This document shows, piece after piece, positions 8,782 to 17,650 of a stretch of 64,000 nt of DNA (positions are counted from its first letter, which is position 1; each line of letters starts with the position of its first letter). A program made the translations under genes and the position numbers. The notes below the pieces were generated by a model, which did not search any database, was not told the DNA's origin, and worked only from the letters and a program-made list of their open reading frames with translations. The DNA is from an uncultured delta proteobacterium (GTDB taxonomy: Bacteria > Desulfobacterota > Binatia > Binatales > Binataceae): contig CAWCDG010000004.1 of NCBI GenBank assembly GCA_963794325.1, positions 1,906,636-1,970,635 of the forward strand, given 5' to 3'.

Positions 8782-9381
8782 ATGATTAAGCTGTACGGAT
8801 CGTCGATGTCGCGTGCGGGGCGAAGCCTGTGGGCGTTGGAAGAGACCGGTGTGAAATTCGAGCAGGTGATAGTGGGTGAGACGCGAACGCCGGAATATTT
8901 GAAGATAAATCCGAACGGGCATGTCCCGGCGCTCGACGACAACGGGACGATAATCTGGGAGTCGATGGCGATAAATCTGTACCTCGCGGAAAAATACGGG
9001 AAGGCGCCGCTGTGGCCGTCAACCGTCGAGGGTCATGGCGCGTGCTACCAGTGGAGTCTTTGGGCCATGACCGAAATCGAAACGCCGATGATCAATATTT
9101 TTCTACATCGACTGATGCTGCCGGCCGAGCAGCGGGACGAGAAGGTGGCGCTGGCCGGAATCGAGACGCTGAAGGCGCCATTCAAGGTGATCGACGATCA
9201 GTTGCGCAAGTCGGAATATCTGCTGGGCAAGGAATTCACGATTGCGGATCTCAATGTTGCGTCGGTGATGAGTATCACGCAGTACCTGCAACTGGATCTT
9301 TCGGCGATTCCAACGGCGCAAAAGTGGTTGCAGAAGTGCGTGGAGCGTCCAGCGAATCAGCGAGTGCGCGCGATGAAATAG
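8782..9381 (+). CDS. glutathione S-transferase
   Basis: MIKLYGSSMSRAGRSLWALEETGVKFE..EYLKINPNGHVPALDDNGTIIWESMAINLYLAEKYG is a GST N-terminal thioredoxin fold. ATG at 8782 is preceded by GGGAGG; the track start at 8761 is TTG. Confidence 0.85.
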   Translation: MIKLYGSSMSRAGRSLWALEETGVKFEQVIVGETRTPEYLKINPNGHVPALDDNGTIIWESMAINLYLAEKYGKAPLWPSTVEGHGACYQWSLWAMTEIETPMINIFLHRLMLPAEQRDEKVALAGIETLKAPFKVIDDQLRKSEYLLGKEFTIADLNVASVMSITQYLQLDLSAIPTAQKWLQKCVERPANQRVRAMK

Positions 9382-9568
9382 CGTGGAGAGGCCCCCCGGC
9401 GCAGGGTTAATTTTCGCCAGCCGTATTGACTTTGGGGGCCTTGGCTGTAGCTTTCATGTCTGTAGAATCGTCGGTGGCATTTCTGCTCAGCCAAAGGGTC
9501 ATATTGAGAGTAGCTAGCGATTTTTCGCGAATCCCGAGAAAATTTGGCGCTATGGTCAAGGTGATCTG

Positions 9569-10288
9569 ATGCCTGCATGTGGGCATTGCGGCAAAGATAG
9601 CCCCGAAGGCACGGTATTCTGTGGATACTGTGCGGCTCCGCTGATGAGTCCATCGGGCTGGCCGAAACCGGCTGGCAGGCCGATTGTCGCGCCTCAGATA
9701 CGCGGAGGATCTCCTACTCCTGCGCCGCCGGCCAAACCGCCCAAGCCGGAAATTCGCATGCCCGTTCAGGCTACGCCGCCAAGCGGAGCGGGCAGAGGCA
9801 AGGGCCGATTCGAGCTGCTTCCGTGGAGCGAACTTTCCGCGGGTCAGCGAGCGGGCCGAGTAGGAGCGGGTGCGATCGCATTGTTCGTAATACTTTTCCT
9901 GGTTCGCGGGATGCTGCACAGCATGATTGGGTCGAACGCGAGCGGCCCTGCGCCCACCGCGTACGGCGCGAACCTTCCTATTGCCGAAGGCGATCGTAAA
10001 GAGGGGATCGAATCGTTGTGCAAGGTATTTCAAATCTACGGGCTGCCGAACAACGACAGCGGCGCGACCGAAGCGGTACACAACGCCGTGGGAATATTCA
10101 AACTCGCGGACAATCAGTCGCCCGAGCGCAGCAGGTATATTCTGATTTCGCTCCTAGGAGAGTTCCGCGGCGGCAAATTGAGCGAGGCTGACTGCGCGCA
10201 AGCGGGAGCGCCACTTGCAAAGGTTGCTTCCCCCGGTGCGGGATCCACCCCCAGCTTCGATGAAGCAAAACACGCATTCGTCTATTAG
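9569..10288 (+). CDS. zinc-ribbon / Pro-rich / single-TM membrane protein, tandem paralog A
   Basis: 239 aa. N-terminal CxxC-N10-CxxC (MPACGHCGKDSPEGTVFCGYCAAPL), a Pro-rich linker, one TM helix (AGAIALFVILFLVRGML), and a ~110-aa C-domain with two conserved Cys. Confidence 0.75.
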   Translation: MPACGHCGKDSPEGTVFCGYCAAPLMSPSGWPKPAGRPIVAPQIRGGSPTPAPPAKPPKPEIRMPVQATPPSGAGRGKGRFELLPWSELSAGQRAGRVGAGAIALFVILFLVRGMLHSMIGSNASGPAPTAYGANLPIAEGDRKEGIESLCKVFQIYGLPNNDSGATEAVHNAVGIFKLADNQSPERSRYILISLLGEFRGGKLSEADCAQAGAPLAKVASPGAGSTPSFDEAKHAFVY

Positions 10289-10364
10289 CTGAGACCCCGG
10301 ATGGGACTTACTTACAGAGCACACTCATGTCGTGTAAAAGTTCAGCGGCGGCGAAGGTGATCTG

Positions 10365-11084
10365 ATGCCTGCGTGTGGACATTGCGGCAAAGATAATCCG
10401 GAAGACACGGCATTCTGCGGATACTGTGCGGCTCCGCTGATGAGTCCATCCGGCGAGCAGAAGCCGGCTGGCAGGCCGATTGTCGCGCCTCAAATCCGCG
10501 GAGGCTCCCCTCCGCCGGCATCGCCGCCCAAGCCGCCCAAGCCGGAAATTCGCACGCCCACGTTGCAGGCTCCGCCGCCAGGTGGCGCCGGCAGAGGCAA
10601 GGGCGGATTCGAATTGCTTCCGTGGAGCGAACTTTCCTTCGGTCAGCGGGCGGGACGAGTGGTCGCTGGCGCGATCGTCGTGTTCCTGATTCTTTTCTTT
10701 GTGCGTGGAATGTTACACGGGCTGATTGCATCGAGCACGAGCGGACCGGCGCCCGCTGCGGAAGGATCGAACCCTCCGATTACGGAAGGCGATCGCAAGG
10801 ACGGAATCGAGTCGTTGTGCAAGGTATTTCAGATCTATGGGTTGCCCAAAAACGACAGCGGTGCGACCGAAGCGGTACACAACGCGGTAGAACTGTTCAA
10901 GCTCGCCGGCAACCAGTCGCCCCAGCGCAGCACCTATATCCTGACTTCGATCGTTGCAGAGTTCCGCGGCGGTAAACTGGGTCAGGCCGACTGCGCGCAA
11001 GCGGGAGCGCCCATCCCCACCAACTCGGAAGAGAGCCCGGACAACTCGAATCCCGATGTCCAGAGAGAAAACGGCCAGCAGTAG
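10365..11084 (+). CDS. zinc-ribbon / Pro-rich / single-TM membrane protein, tandem paralog B
   Basis: 239 aa, colinear with paralog A. About three quarters of residues are identical by manual alignment. The ribosome-binding context is identical (AAGGTGATCTGATGCCTGC). Confidence 0.75.
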   Translation: MPACGHCGKDNPEDTAFCGYCAAPLMSPSGEQKPAGRPIVAPQIRGGSPPPASPPKPPKPEIRTPTLQAPPPGGAGRGKGGFELLPWSELSFGQRAGRVVAGAIVVFLILFFVRGMLHGLIASSTSGPAPAAEGSNPPITEGDRKDGIESLCKVFQIYGLPKNDSGATEAVHNAVELFKLAGNQSPQRSTYILTSIVAEFRGGKLGQADCAQAGAPIPTNSEESPDNSNPDVQRENGQQ

Positions 11085-12569
11085 TTATCGCGGGGCAGAA
11101 CCGCGCCGGGCGGTCGTCCAGTAGTAAATCGGGATGCCGCTCAAGGCGATCAACAATCCCGCCCAACTGGCAAGTGGCTTCAGGATCAGCAAATCGACCA
11201 TAAGCGCGGAGGCCGCGACGACATAAAGCGCGGGAACGATTGGGTAGCCCCATGCTCGGTACGGACGCGGCGCGTCGGGAAGGCGGCGACGCAGCACGAA
11301 GACCGCCGAGACCGTCAGCACGTAAAACATCAGCTGCGCAAAGATCACGTAGTCGAGCAGATCAGAATAAGTCCCCGACAAGGTCAGGGCCGCAGCCCAG
11401 ATTCCCTGCATCACGAGTGCGACTGCGGGCACCCTCGCGCGATTGAGACGTCCGGCCGCGGCGAAGAAGACCCGGTCCTGCGACATCGCGTAGATGACGC
11501 GAGCGCCCGTCAGTATCAGTCCGTTGGCGCATCCGAAGGTGGAGATCATCACCAGGATTGCGGTTATCTTCGCGCCCGCGCCGCCCCATACTACCTCCAT
11601 CGCGGCGGCTGCGACGCGATCGCTCGATGCGTGCGCGATTCCCCGTCCCACTACCGTCGCGGCGTCGGCGGCACCCGAGGCCGGCAGCTCGCAGAGGTAG
11701 GCGAGGTTGCTGAGGATATAGAGCGCGATCACCAGGCCGGTCCCGAACGCGAGCGCCAGTGGAAGATCGCGCTTGGGATTGCGCACCTCGGTGGCAACGA
11801 AGGTGGCGCTCGCCCACGCGTCGGCTGAGAACAATGCGCCGACCATCGCGGCGCCGAAAATCCCGGCTCCGGCGATCGACATCGAAGGGCTGCCGAAGAA
11901 GGCGGTCGAGCTGCCGAAGTTCGCGTGAATCGCGGTGGGATTCGGCGCGAGGATGCATCCGACGGCGACGATCAAACATAGCGAGAGAATTTTCGCGGTG
12001 GTGAAGGAGTTCTGCAGCCATTTGCCCATGTCGAGGCCGCGCAGATTGGCCGCGGTGAGAATTGCGATAACTGCAATCGCGCCGGCGCGCTCGCCTGACA
12101 ATCCAGCGCCGCCGACACCGAACCACAGGCTCGAGCCAAGCACCGGCCACATCACTCCGGCGAATCGCGCGAACGCAACTGCGACCGCCGCGATGGTGCC
12201 GGTCTGGATGACGAGCAGGAGCGTCCAGCCGAACATGAACGCCCACATCCCGCTGTAAGCCTCGCGCAGATAGACGTACTGGCCGCCCGCGGCGGGCATC
12301 ATCGCGGCGAGCTCGCCGTACGCGAGTGCGCCCGCAATCGTCATCACGCCGGCGATCAGCCAGATCATCAGCAGGGCGAAAGGGGTGCCGACCTGGCGCG
12401 TGATATCGGCGGAGACGATGAAGATGCCCGAGCCGATCATCGAGCCGGCGACCAGAGTCACCGAGTCGAAGAGAGAGAGGCCTCGTTTCAGCTGTTCGGA
12501 GGAAGGTCCAACTTGAGGAGCGGTCGCCATCGCGACGAGCATCGTAGCAGTAGTGGCGGGCGCCTGCAT
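11085..12569 (-). CDS. amino acid permease (APC superfamily)
   Basis: 494 aa, ~12 TM helices, with an APC-like N-terminal motif (..LSLFDSVTLVAGSMIGSGIFIVSADI..). Confidence 0.85.
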   Translation of the reverse strand: MQAPATTATMLVAMATAPQVGPSSEQLKRGLSLFDSVTLVAGSMIGSGIFIVSADITRQVGTPFALLMIWLIAGVMTIAGALAYGELAAMMPAAGGQYVYLREAYSGMWAFMFGWTLLLVIQTGTIAAVAVAFARFAGVMWPVLGSSLWFGVGGAGLSGERAGAIAVIAILTAANLRGLDMGKWLQNSFTTAKILSLCLIVAVGCILAPNPTAIHANFGSSTAFFGSPSMSIAGAGIFGAAMVGALFSADAWASATFVATEVRNPKRDLPLALAFGTGLVIALYILSNLAYLCELPASGAADAATVVGRGIAHASSDRVAAAAMEVVWGGAGAKITAILVMISTFGCANGLILTGARVIYAMSQDRVFFAAAGRLNRARVPAVALVMQGIWAAALTLSGTYSDLLDYVIFAQLMFYVLTVSAVFVLRRRLPDAPRPYRAWGYPIVPALYVVAASALMVDLLILKPLASWAGLLIALSGIPIYYWTTARRGSAPR

Positions 12570-12660
12570 CTAAGCGACGGGAGAATCATCCACATTGATC
12601 TAATCGGCCAACCGGACTTAGCTGGAAATCCCAGCAAATGCTTGCAAGCGGAGGCCCGCG

Positions 12661-13203
12661 ATGCCGACAAAGAAAAAACCGATGACAAGAAGGAAGGCTG
12701 CCAAGAAAAATCCCGCGCCCAGGCAACTCGCGCAGTTACGCAAGACCGTAAAGGAACTGCGCGTCAAGCTCGAGCGCGAGACGAAGGCGCGAAAGATCGA
12801 GGTGCGGGTGAAGAGCGAAGCGCAGAAAGCGCGCGCGCAACTGGCGTCGCAGATCGCGGCATTGCGCGAGCAGGGGCGCCGCCTCGCCAGCAATCTGAAG
12901 ACGGCGCTGGGTGACGCCAGCAAGCGCGACGCGGCGCGTCAGCAGGCGATCTCGAAAATTGCGGAGCTCAAGGCTGAGTATGCCAGGAAGTCAGCGGGTA
13001 TGAGGTCGGAATTATCGCGCGCCACGGCGGCGCTGTCGCGCAAATCCGAGGAGCTGAGGAAGCTCGCGGGAGAAGCGGCGCATCGCGCAGTCGAGATAAT
13101 TCGCAGCGAAGAGCCTCACGCGGCACCGGAGGTGCAAGGCACCAGCGGTTCAGAGCCCGTCGGCGCGATGGACGACGAAAAGGACCCTGACGAAGAGCAG
13201 TAG
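12661..13203 (+). CDS. hypothetical coiled-coil protein with Lys/Arg-rich N-terminus and acidic C-terminus
   Basis: 180 aa: MPTKKKPMTRRKAAKKNPAPRQL.., then heptad-like A/K/E/R-rich sequence. I recognise no family. Confidence 0.55.
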   Translation: MPTKKKPMTRRKAAKKNPAPRQLAQLRKTVKELRVKLERETKARKIEVRVKSEAQKARAQLASQIAALREQGRRLASNLKTALGDASKRDAARQQAISKIAELKAEYARKSAGMRSELSRATAALSRKSEELRKLAGEAAHRAVEIIRSEEPHAAPEVQGTSGSEPVGAMDDEKDPDEEQ

Positions 13204-13302
13204 CTGGAGGATGAGGATTGAAACGGGCCGGACGACGCCTGGCTCACTTTCATCCGCGTAAAACGGATTCGGTGGATTCTCTCCAGCGCCGTTCAGCGAG
13301 TC

Positions 13303-13336
13303 TCCCGCGCGCCGTCGGCTCTTGCGGCGCGCGGGA
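13303..13336. terminator. 12-bp perfect GC hairpin between convergent genes (possible bidirectional terminator, no U-tract)
   Basis: TCCCGCGCGCCG (13303-13314), 10-nt loop, CGGCGCGCGGGA (13325-13336). Confidence 0.4.
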
Positions 13337-13359
13337 ACCCGCTCAGGAAACGAAGTTAA

Positions 13360-13560
13360 TTACGGCGCAGCCGGGCTGGCCGCAGGACTTGCGGCGTCGC
13401 TCGCCACGGCACTGGACGCCGCGGCGCCGGCATCGCTGGCCATGGCCGCAGGCGCGGCTGCGGACGCGGCGGCGTCGGGCGCGGGGGCCGTCTCTTCGGA
13501 CTTGCTGCAGGCCGTCGCGAAAAACATCGTAACTAATGCTAGAAGCAGGACCTTGCGCAT
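13360..13560 (-). CDS. small Ala/Pro/Ser-rich lipoprotein
   Basis: 66 aa: MRKVLLLALVTMFFATACSKSEE.. (signal peptide plus lipobox-like ATAC). AGGAGA lies upstream of the ATG at 13560. The track ORF extends spuriously to 13749. Confidence 0.6.
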   Translation of the reverse strand: MRKVLLLALVTMFFATACSKSEETAPAPDAAASAAAPAAMASDAGAAASSAVASDAASPAASPAAP

Positions 13561-14062
13561 CGCTTTCTCCTTGGTTGGTGGGTGCTCAGTTGAGCGCGCA
13601 AATCTAGAAACGGGGCAAAGAATACGATAGGTGCGGAACAACTTCAAGCATGAGTTTCGCCCCTCACTCAGCACTATTTCAGCATGGAACGGCGTCGGTC
13701 GGCAAGAAAATTTTTGACTATTCCGTGCGCATCTGTATGATTCGATCAATATTTACCGTCTTAGGGGCGGATGTGGTGGAGGTGGCAGGGTGGAAGAGCG
13801 GCGTCCTATTTTCGCGGGCATCGGGCTCGCAAATCGTCACAATTCTCTAATCGTCGAACACGAGATCGACATGGTGCGAAGCTCGGAGCGTCCGGTGGCG
13901 GGCGTGCCGACACTCACGCGAATTCGCAACTGGCTGATGCCGTCGGGGCGGCTGGTAGCTCCGCCGATGCGATCGGTGGCGCGGGAACTCGAAGAAGCCT
14001 TTCCGAGCCGCGACCTCTAGCGGCGAATCGCGCGCGTACTGATCGCGAAGAGGGAGATTACG

Positions 14063-14572
14063 ATGAGCGCGATCTCGCGAATCTCGACTAACGCGCCGTG
14101 GGAGCCGATCGTCGGCTATTCGCGGCTGGTGCGGGCTGGCGACATTGTCGCGGTCTCGGGCACGACGGCCACTGACGAGCGCGGGATGATCGTCGGCGCG
14201 GGACAGATGTACGTGCAGGCGCGCCAGGCGCTGGTCAATATTCGCGCGGCGCTCGAGCGCGCGGGCCTCACGATGCATCAGGTGATTCGCACGCGGATGT
14301 TCGTTACCGACATGAGCCGTTTCCGGGAAGCAGCTCGCGCGCACAAGGAATTCTTTGCCGATTCGCCTCCCGCATCGACGGTGGTCGAAGTTCGGCGGCT
14401 CGCGAATCCCGACATGATGATCGAGATCGAAGCCGACGCGTACGCGGGCGCCGCGAATAGTCCGGCGTCGATCGCGAAGCCTAAGGCGGCTATCAAACCA
14501 AAGGCGGCGGCGAAAACGCAGAAGAAATCCGCAAAGAAGCCGGCGTCGAAGAAGCCTACGCGCCGCAAGTAG
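14063..14572 (+). CDS. RidA/YjgF-family protein with C-terminal Lys/Ala/Pro-rich (histone-H1-like) tail
   Basis: The RidA-like core (..YSRLVRAGDIVAVSGTTA..QARQALVNIRAALERAGLTMHQVIRTRMFVTDM..MIEIEADAY) is followed by ..AKPKAAIKPKAAAKTQKKSAKKPASKKPTRRK. Confidence 0.75.
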   Translation: MSAISRISTNAPWEPIVGYSRLVRAGDIVAVSGTTATDERGMIVGAGQMYVQARQALVNIRAALERAGLTMHQVIRTRMFVTDMSRFREAARAHKEFFADSPPASTVVEVRRLANPDMMIEIEADAYAGAANSPASIAKPKAAIKPKAAAKTQKKSAKKPASKKPTRRK

Positions 14573-14585
14573 CGGCAATAGCCAG

Positions 14586-16082
14586 TTACGGGTCGAAGGC
14601 TGCGGTGTGGAGTCCTTCGGCACCGCCGGCGGAATGGAAGGCGTTCGCGGCGGATGCCATGTAAGGCTCGGGATAAACTCCAATCAGGATCGTAGCCAAA
14701 GCGGCAAGTCCGATTGCAGCGACCAGCGCGGGGCGAGTACTCAGTCGCTTCACTTCGAGGCCGCCCTCCTGCATATACATCGCGACTAATACATAAAAGT
14801 AGTAATAGGCAGAGACTACACTATTGAGTACTGCGATTATTACCAGTGCGGAATATCCTTGCTGCAACGCTTCGCTGAAAATATAGAACTTGCCGACGAA
14901 GCCGGCGGTGGGCGGAACCCCGGACAGCGAGAGCATAAAGATCGCCATCGCGCCTGCGAGCAACGGCTGTCGCGCGGCGAGGCCGCGGAAGTCGCTAATC
15001 TGATTACCCACTTCGTTGCGCCGTTCGAGCGCAATGACTACTGCGAATGCGCCGAGATTGGTGAATGCGTATCCGAGCAGGTAGTACAGAATCGCCGGTC
15101 CCGATCGCACGCCGGCCGCCATGCCGAGCAGCAAATAACCGGCGTGCGCGATCGCGGAGTACGCAAGCATCCGCTTGATATTGGTCTGGACGACGGCGAT
15201 TACATTTCCCGCGGTCATGGTCAGCGCCGCGATTACCCACAACACCGCCTGCCAGTGCGCGCCCACGGTTGAAAAATCAACCAGGAAAACGCGGACAAAA
15301 GCGGCGAACGCCGCCAGCTTCACGCCCACCGCCATGAACGCGGTGACCGGCGTCGGCGCGCCTTCGTAAACGTCGGGCGTCCACATGTGAAATGGCACCG
15401 CGGCAACCTTGAAGCCAAACCCGATCACCATCATGCCGATGCCCAGGAGCAGCAGCGGGTTCGAACTGAGCGCGCCGGAAGCGAGCGCGTCGTGGATCGG
15501 GCCGAGCTTGATCGAGCCGGTTGCGCCATAGACCAAAGCGATTCCATAGAGCAGGAAGCCGGTCGAGAACGCGCCGAGCAGAAAATATTTGATCGCGGCC
15601 TCATTCGACTTCGGGTTGCGACGCATCATTCCCGCCAGCACGTAAACGGGAATCGACATCGTCTCGAGGCCGAGGAAGATGACGATAAGATCGCCGGCCG
15701 CCGCCATCAGCATCATGCCGAGCGCGGAGAACAATAGCAGCGAATAGTATTCGGCGCCCGGGATGTGGTTCTCGGCGGCGTAATCGAGCGACATCATCAC
15801 GGTGAACATCGCGGCGATCAAAATCGCGAGCTCGAAAAATGCGGAGAAGCTATCGATCGAAATCGCGCCGTCGAAAGCAATGCCGTTCTGGCCGAAGATT
15901 CCGAGGGTGAATATGAATGCGACGCCGAGCGCGGCGAGGGTCACCAGGCCGAGCCCCTCGCTTTCACTGTCCTCGACGTGCACGCCGACCAGAAGCACCA
16001 CGATCGCAGCGAGGGCCACGATGACCATCGGCAGGACGGGCAGCCAGACGAAGTTGATCGCAGCGAGATTGAACTGAGTCAT
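14586..16082 (-). CDS. nuoN: NADH-quinone oxidoreductase subunit N
   Basis: 498 aa polytopic. ND2/NuoN motifs (..IFLGLETMSIPVYVLAG.., ..PFHMWTPDVYEGAPTPVTAF..). 4-nt overlap with nuoM. Confidence 0.9.
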   Translation of the reverse strand: MTQFNLAAINFVWLPVLPMVIVALAAIVVLLVGVHVEDSESEGLGLVTLAALGVAFIFTLGIFGQNGIAFDGAISIDSFSAFFELAILIAAMFTVMMSLDYAAENHIPGAEYYSLLLFSALGMMLMAAAGDLIVIFLGLETMSIPVYVLAGMMRRNPKSNEAAIKYFLLGAFSTGFLLYGIALVYGATGSIKLGPIHDALASGALSSNPLLLLGIGMMVIGFGFKVAAVPFHMWTPDVYEGAPTPVTAFMAVGVKLAAFAAFVRVFLVDFSTVGAHWQAVLWVIAALTMTAGNVIAVVQTNIKRMLAYSAIAHAGYLLLGMAAGVRSGPAILYYLLGYAFTNLGAFAVVIALERRNEVGNQISDFRGLAARQPLLAGAMAIFMLSLSGVPPTAGFVGKFYIFSEALQQGYSALVIIAVLNSVVSAYYYFYVLVAMYMQEGGLEVKRLSTRPALVAAIGLAALATILIGVYPEPYMASAANAFHSAGGAEGLHTAAFDP

Positions 16083-17650
16083 CGGACGGCCGCCGCTATC
16101 ACCGGTTCGTGAGTGAGTATTGGCCGAGTAGCTATTCGATTCGGATGCCGTTCACGCTCGATTTGCGCCTGCGCGAAATTCGCCCGCGAGAGCATCGCAG
16201 TCACCGACGGTTCCATCCGGCTGATGAGCGGGCGCGGGAAAAGTCCCATGAAAAACATCAGCGCAATCACCGGCACCATCACGGCAATCTCGCGGCCGGT
16301 AAGATCGCTGATGGTTTCGTTCACCGCCTTGACGATCGGCCCGAACCACACGCGCTCGTAGGTCCAGAGCATGTAGAGCGCTTCCAGTATGACGCCGACG
16401 ACTGCGATAACTACCGCCAGCCTGAGTCGAATGAAGGCGCCGAGCATAATCAGGAACTCGCCGACGAAGCCGTTTAGGCCGGGCAGACCGATCGACGAGA
16501 GCATAACGACCATAAATATTGCGGCGAAAACGGGGACGCGCTTCCACAGGCCGCCGAATTCGGAAATCTCGCGCGTGTGACGCCTCATGTAGAGCATCCC
16601 GACCAGCAAAAATAGTCCGCCGGTGGAAACGCCGTGATTGAGCATCTGGTAAATCGCGCCGTCGATGCCTTCGGGGTTGAGCGCGAAAATTCCGAGCATC
16701 ACGAAACCCAAGTGGCTAACCGACGAATAGGCAATCAGGCGTTTGAGGTCGGGCTGCATCATCGCGACCAACGCGCCGTAGATGATTCCGATCACCGCGA
16801 GCGCCATGAACAGCGGGATGGCCTCGACGGCGACGGTTGGAAACAACGGAATCGCGAAACGCAGAAATCCGTAGGTGCCCATCTTGAGCATCACGCCCGC
16901 GAGGATCACGGAGCCGGCGGTCGGCGCATTGGTGTGAGCGTCGGGCAGCCAGGTATGCACCGGCCACATCGGGACTTTGATCGCGAACGCGAGCGCGAAC
17001 GCAGCGAACAGCCAGCGTGCCTGGGTGGTGGTGAGCGGCACCTGGTAGAGCAGCGGCAAATCGAAGCTGGTGCGGTTGAAATGCACGTGCGCCTGGTACA
17101 CGAGATACAGGATTGCGACCAGCATCAGCAGCGAGCCGACCATCGTGAACAACACGAACTTGATAGCCGCGTAAATCCTGCGGCCGTGGCCCCAGATGCC
17201 GATCAGGAAGTACATCGGGATCAGCATGATTTCCCAGAACATGTAGAACAGGAACAAATCGATGGAGAGCAGGGTGCCGAGCAAGCCGGTCTCGAGCACC
17301 AGCATGAAAAAACAGAACTCGCGCGGACGCTCTTCGATATCGCCGCCGCCGGAGTAGAGGATCGACAGAGTAATCAGGATAGTAGTCAGTAGAACCAGGA
17401 ACAGACTAATGCCGTCGATACCAATATGGTACGAAATGCCAAAACTGGGTATCCAGTCGTATTGCTCGGCGAACTGGTAGTCGGCCATCTGCGGACTGAA
17501 TTCATAGAGAACGTAGAAACTGAGCGCGAGCGGGAGCAGCGAGAAGATGAACGCGGAGTTCCAAATCGCGCGCTCTTCGTTCTGCATAAGAATGAAGAGC
17601 GCGCCGACCAGCGGCAGGAAAATCAAAGCCGTGAGCACACCGCCGTTCAT
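16079..17650 (-). CDS. nuoM: NADH-quinone oxidoreductase subunit M
   Basis: 523 aa. ND4/NuoM motifs (..FWEIMLIPMYFLIGIWGHGRR.., ..HTWLPDAHTNAPTAGSVILAGVMLKMGTYG..). Confidence 0.9.
   Translation of the reverse strand: MNGGVLTALIFLPLVGALFILMQNEERAIWNSAFIFSLLPLALSFYVLYEFSPQMADYQFAEQYDWIPSFGISYHIGIDGISLFLVLLTTILITLSILYSGGGDIEERPREFCFFMLVLETGLLGTLLSIDLFLFYMFWEIMLIPMYFLIGIWGHGRRIYAAIKFVLFTMVGSLLMLVAILYLVYQAHVHFNRTSFDLPLLYQVPLTTTQARWLFAAFALAFAIKVPMWPVHTWLPDAHTNAPTAGSVILAGVMLKMGTYGFLRFAIPLFPTVAVEAIPLFMALAVIGIIYGALVAMMQPDLKRLIAYSSVSHLGFVMLGIFALNPEGIDGAIYQMLNHGVSTGGLFLLVGMLYMRRHTREISEFGGLWKRVPVFAAIFMVVMLSSIGLPGLNGFVGEFLIMLGAFIRLRLAVVIAVVGVILEALYMLWTYERVWFGPIVKAVNETISDLTGREIAVMVPVIALMFFMGLFPRPLISRMEPSVTAMLSRANFAQAQIERERHPNRIATRPILTHEPVIAAAVR

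Noticed and set aside
13790-14020. 76-aa + strand ORF in the spacer upstream of the RidA gene.
   Set aside because: I recognise no motifs and see no obvious RBS. The region is more likely a promoter/UTR. The evidence is insufficient to call a gene.
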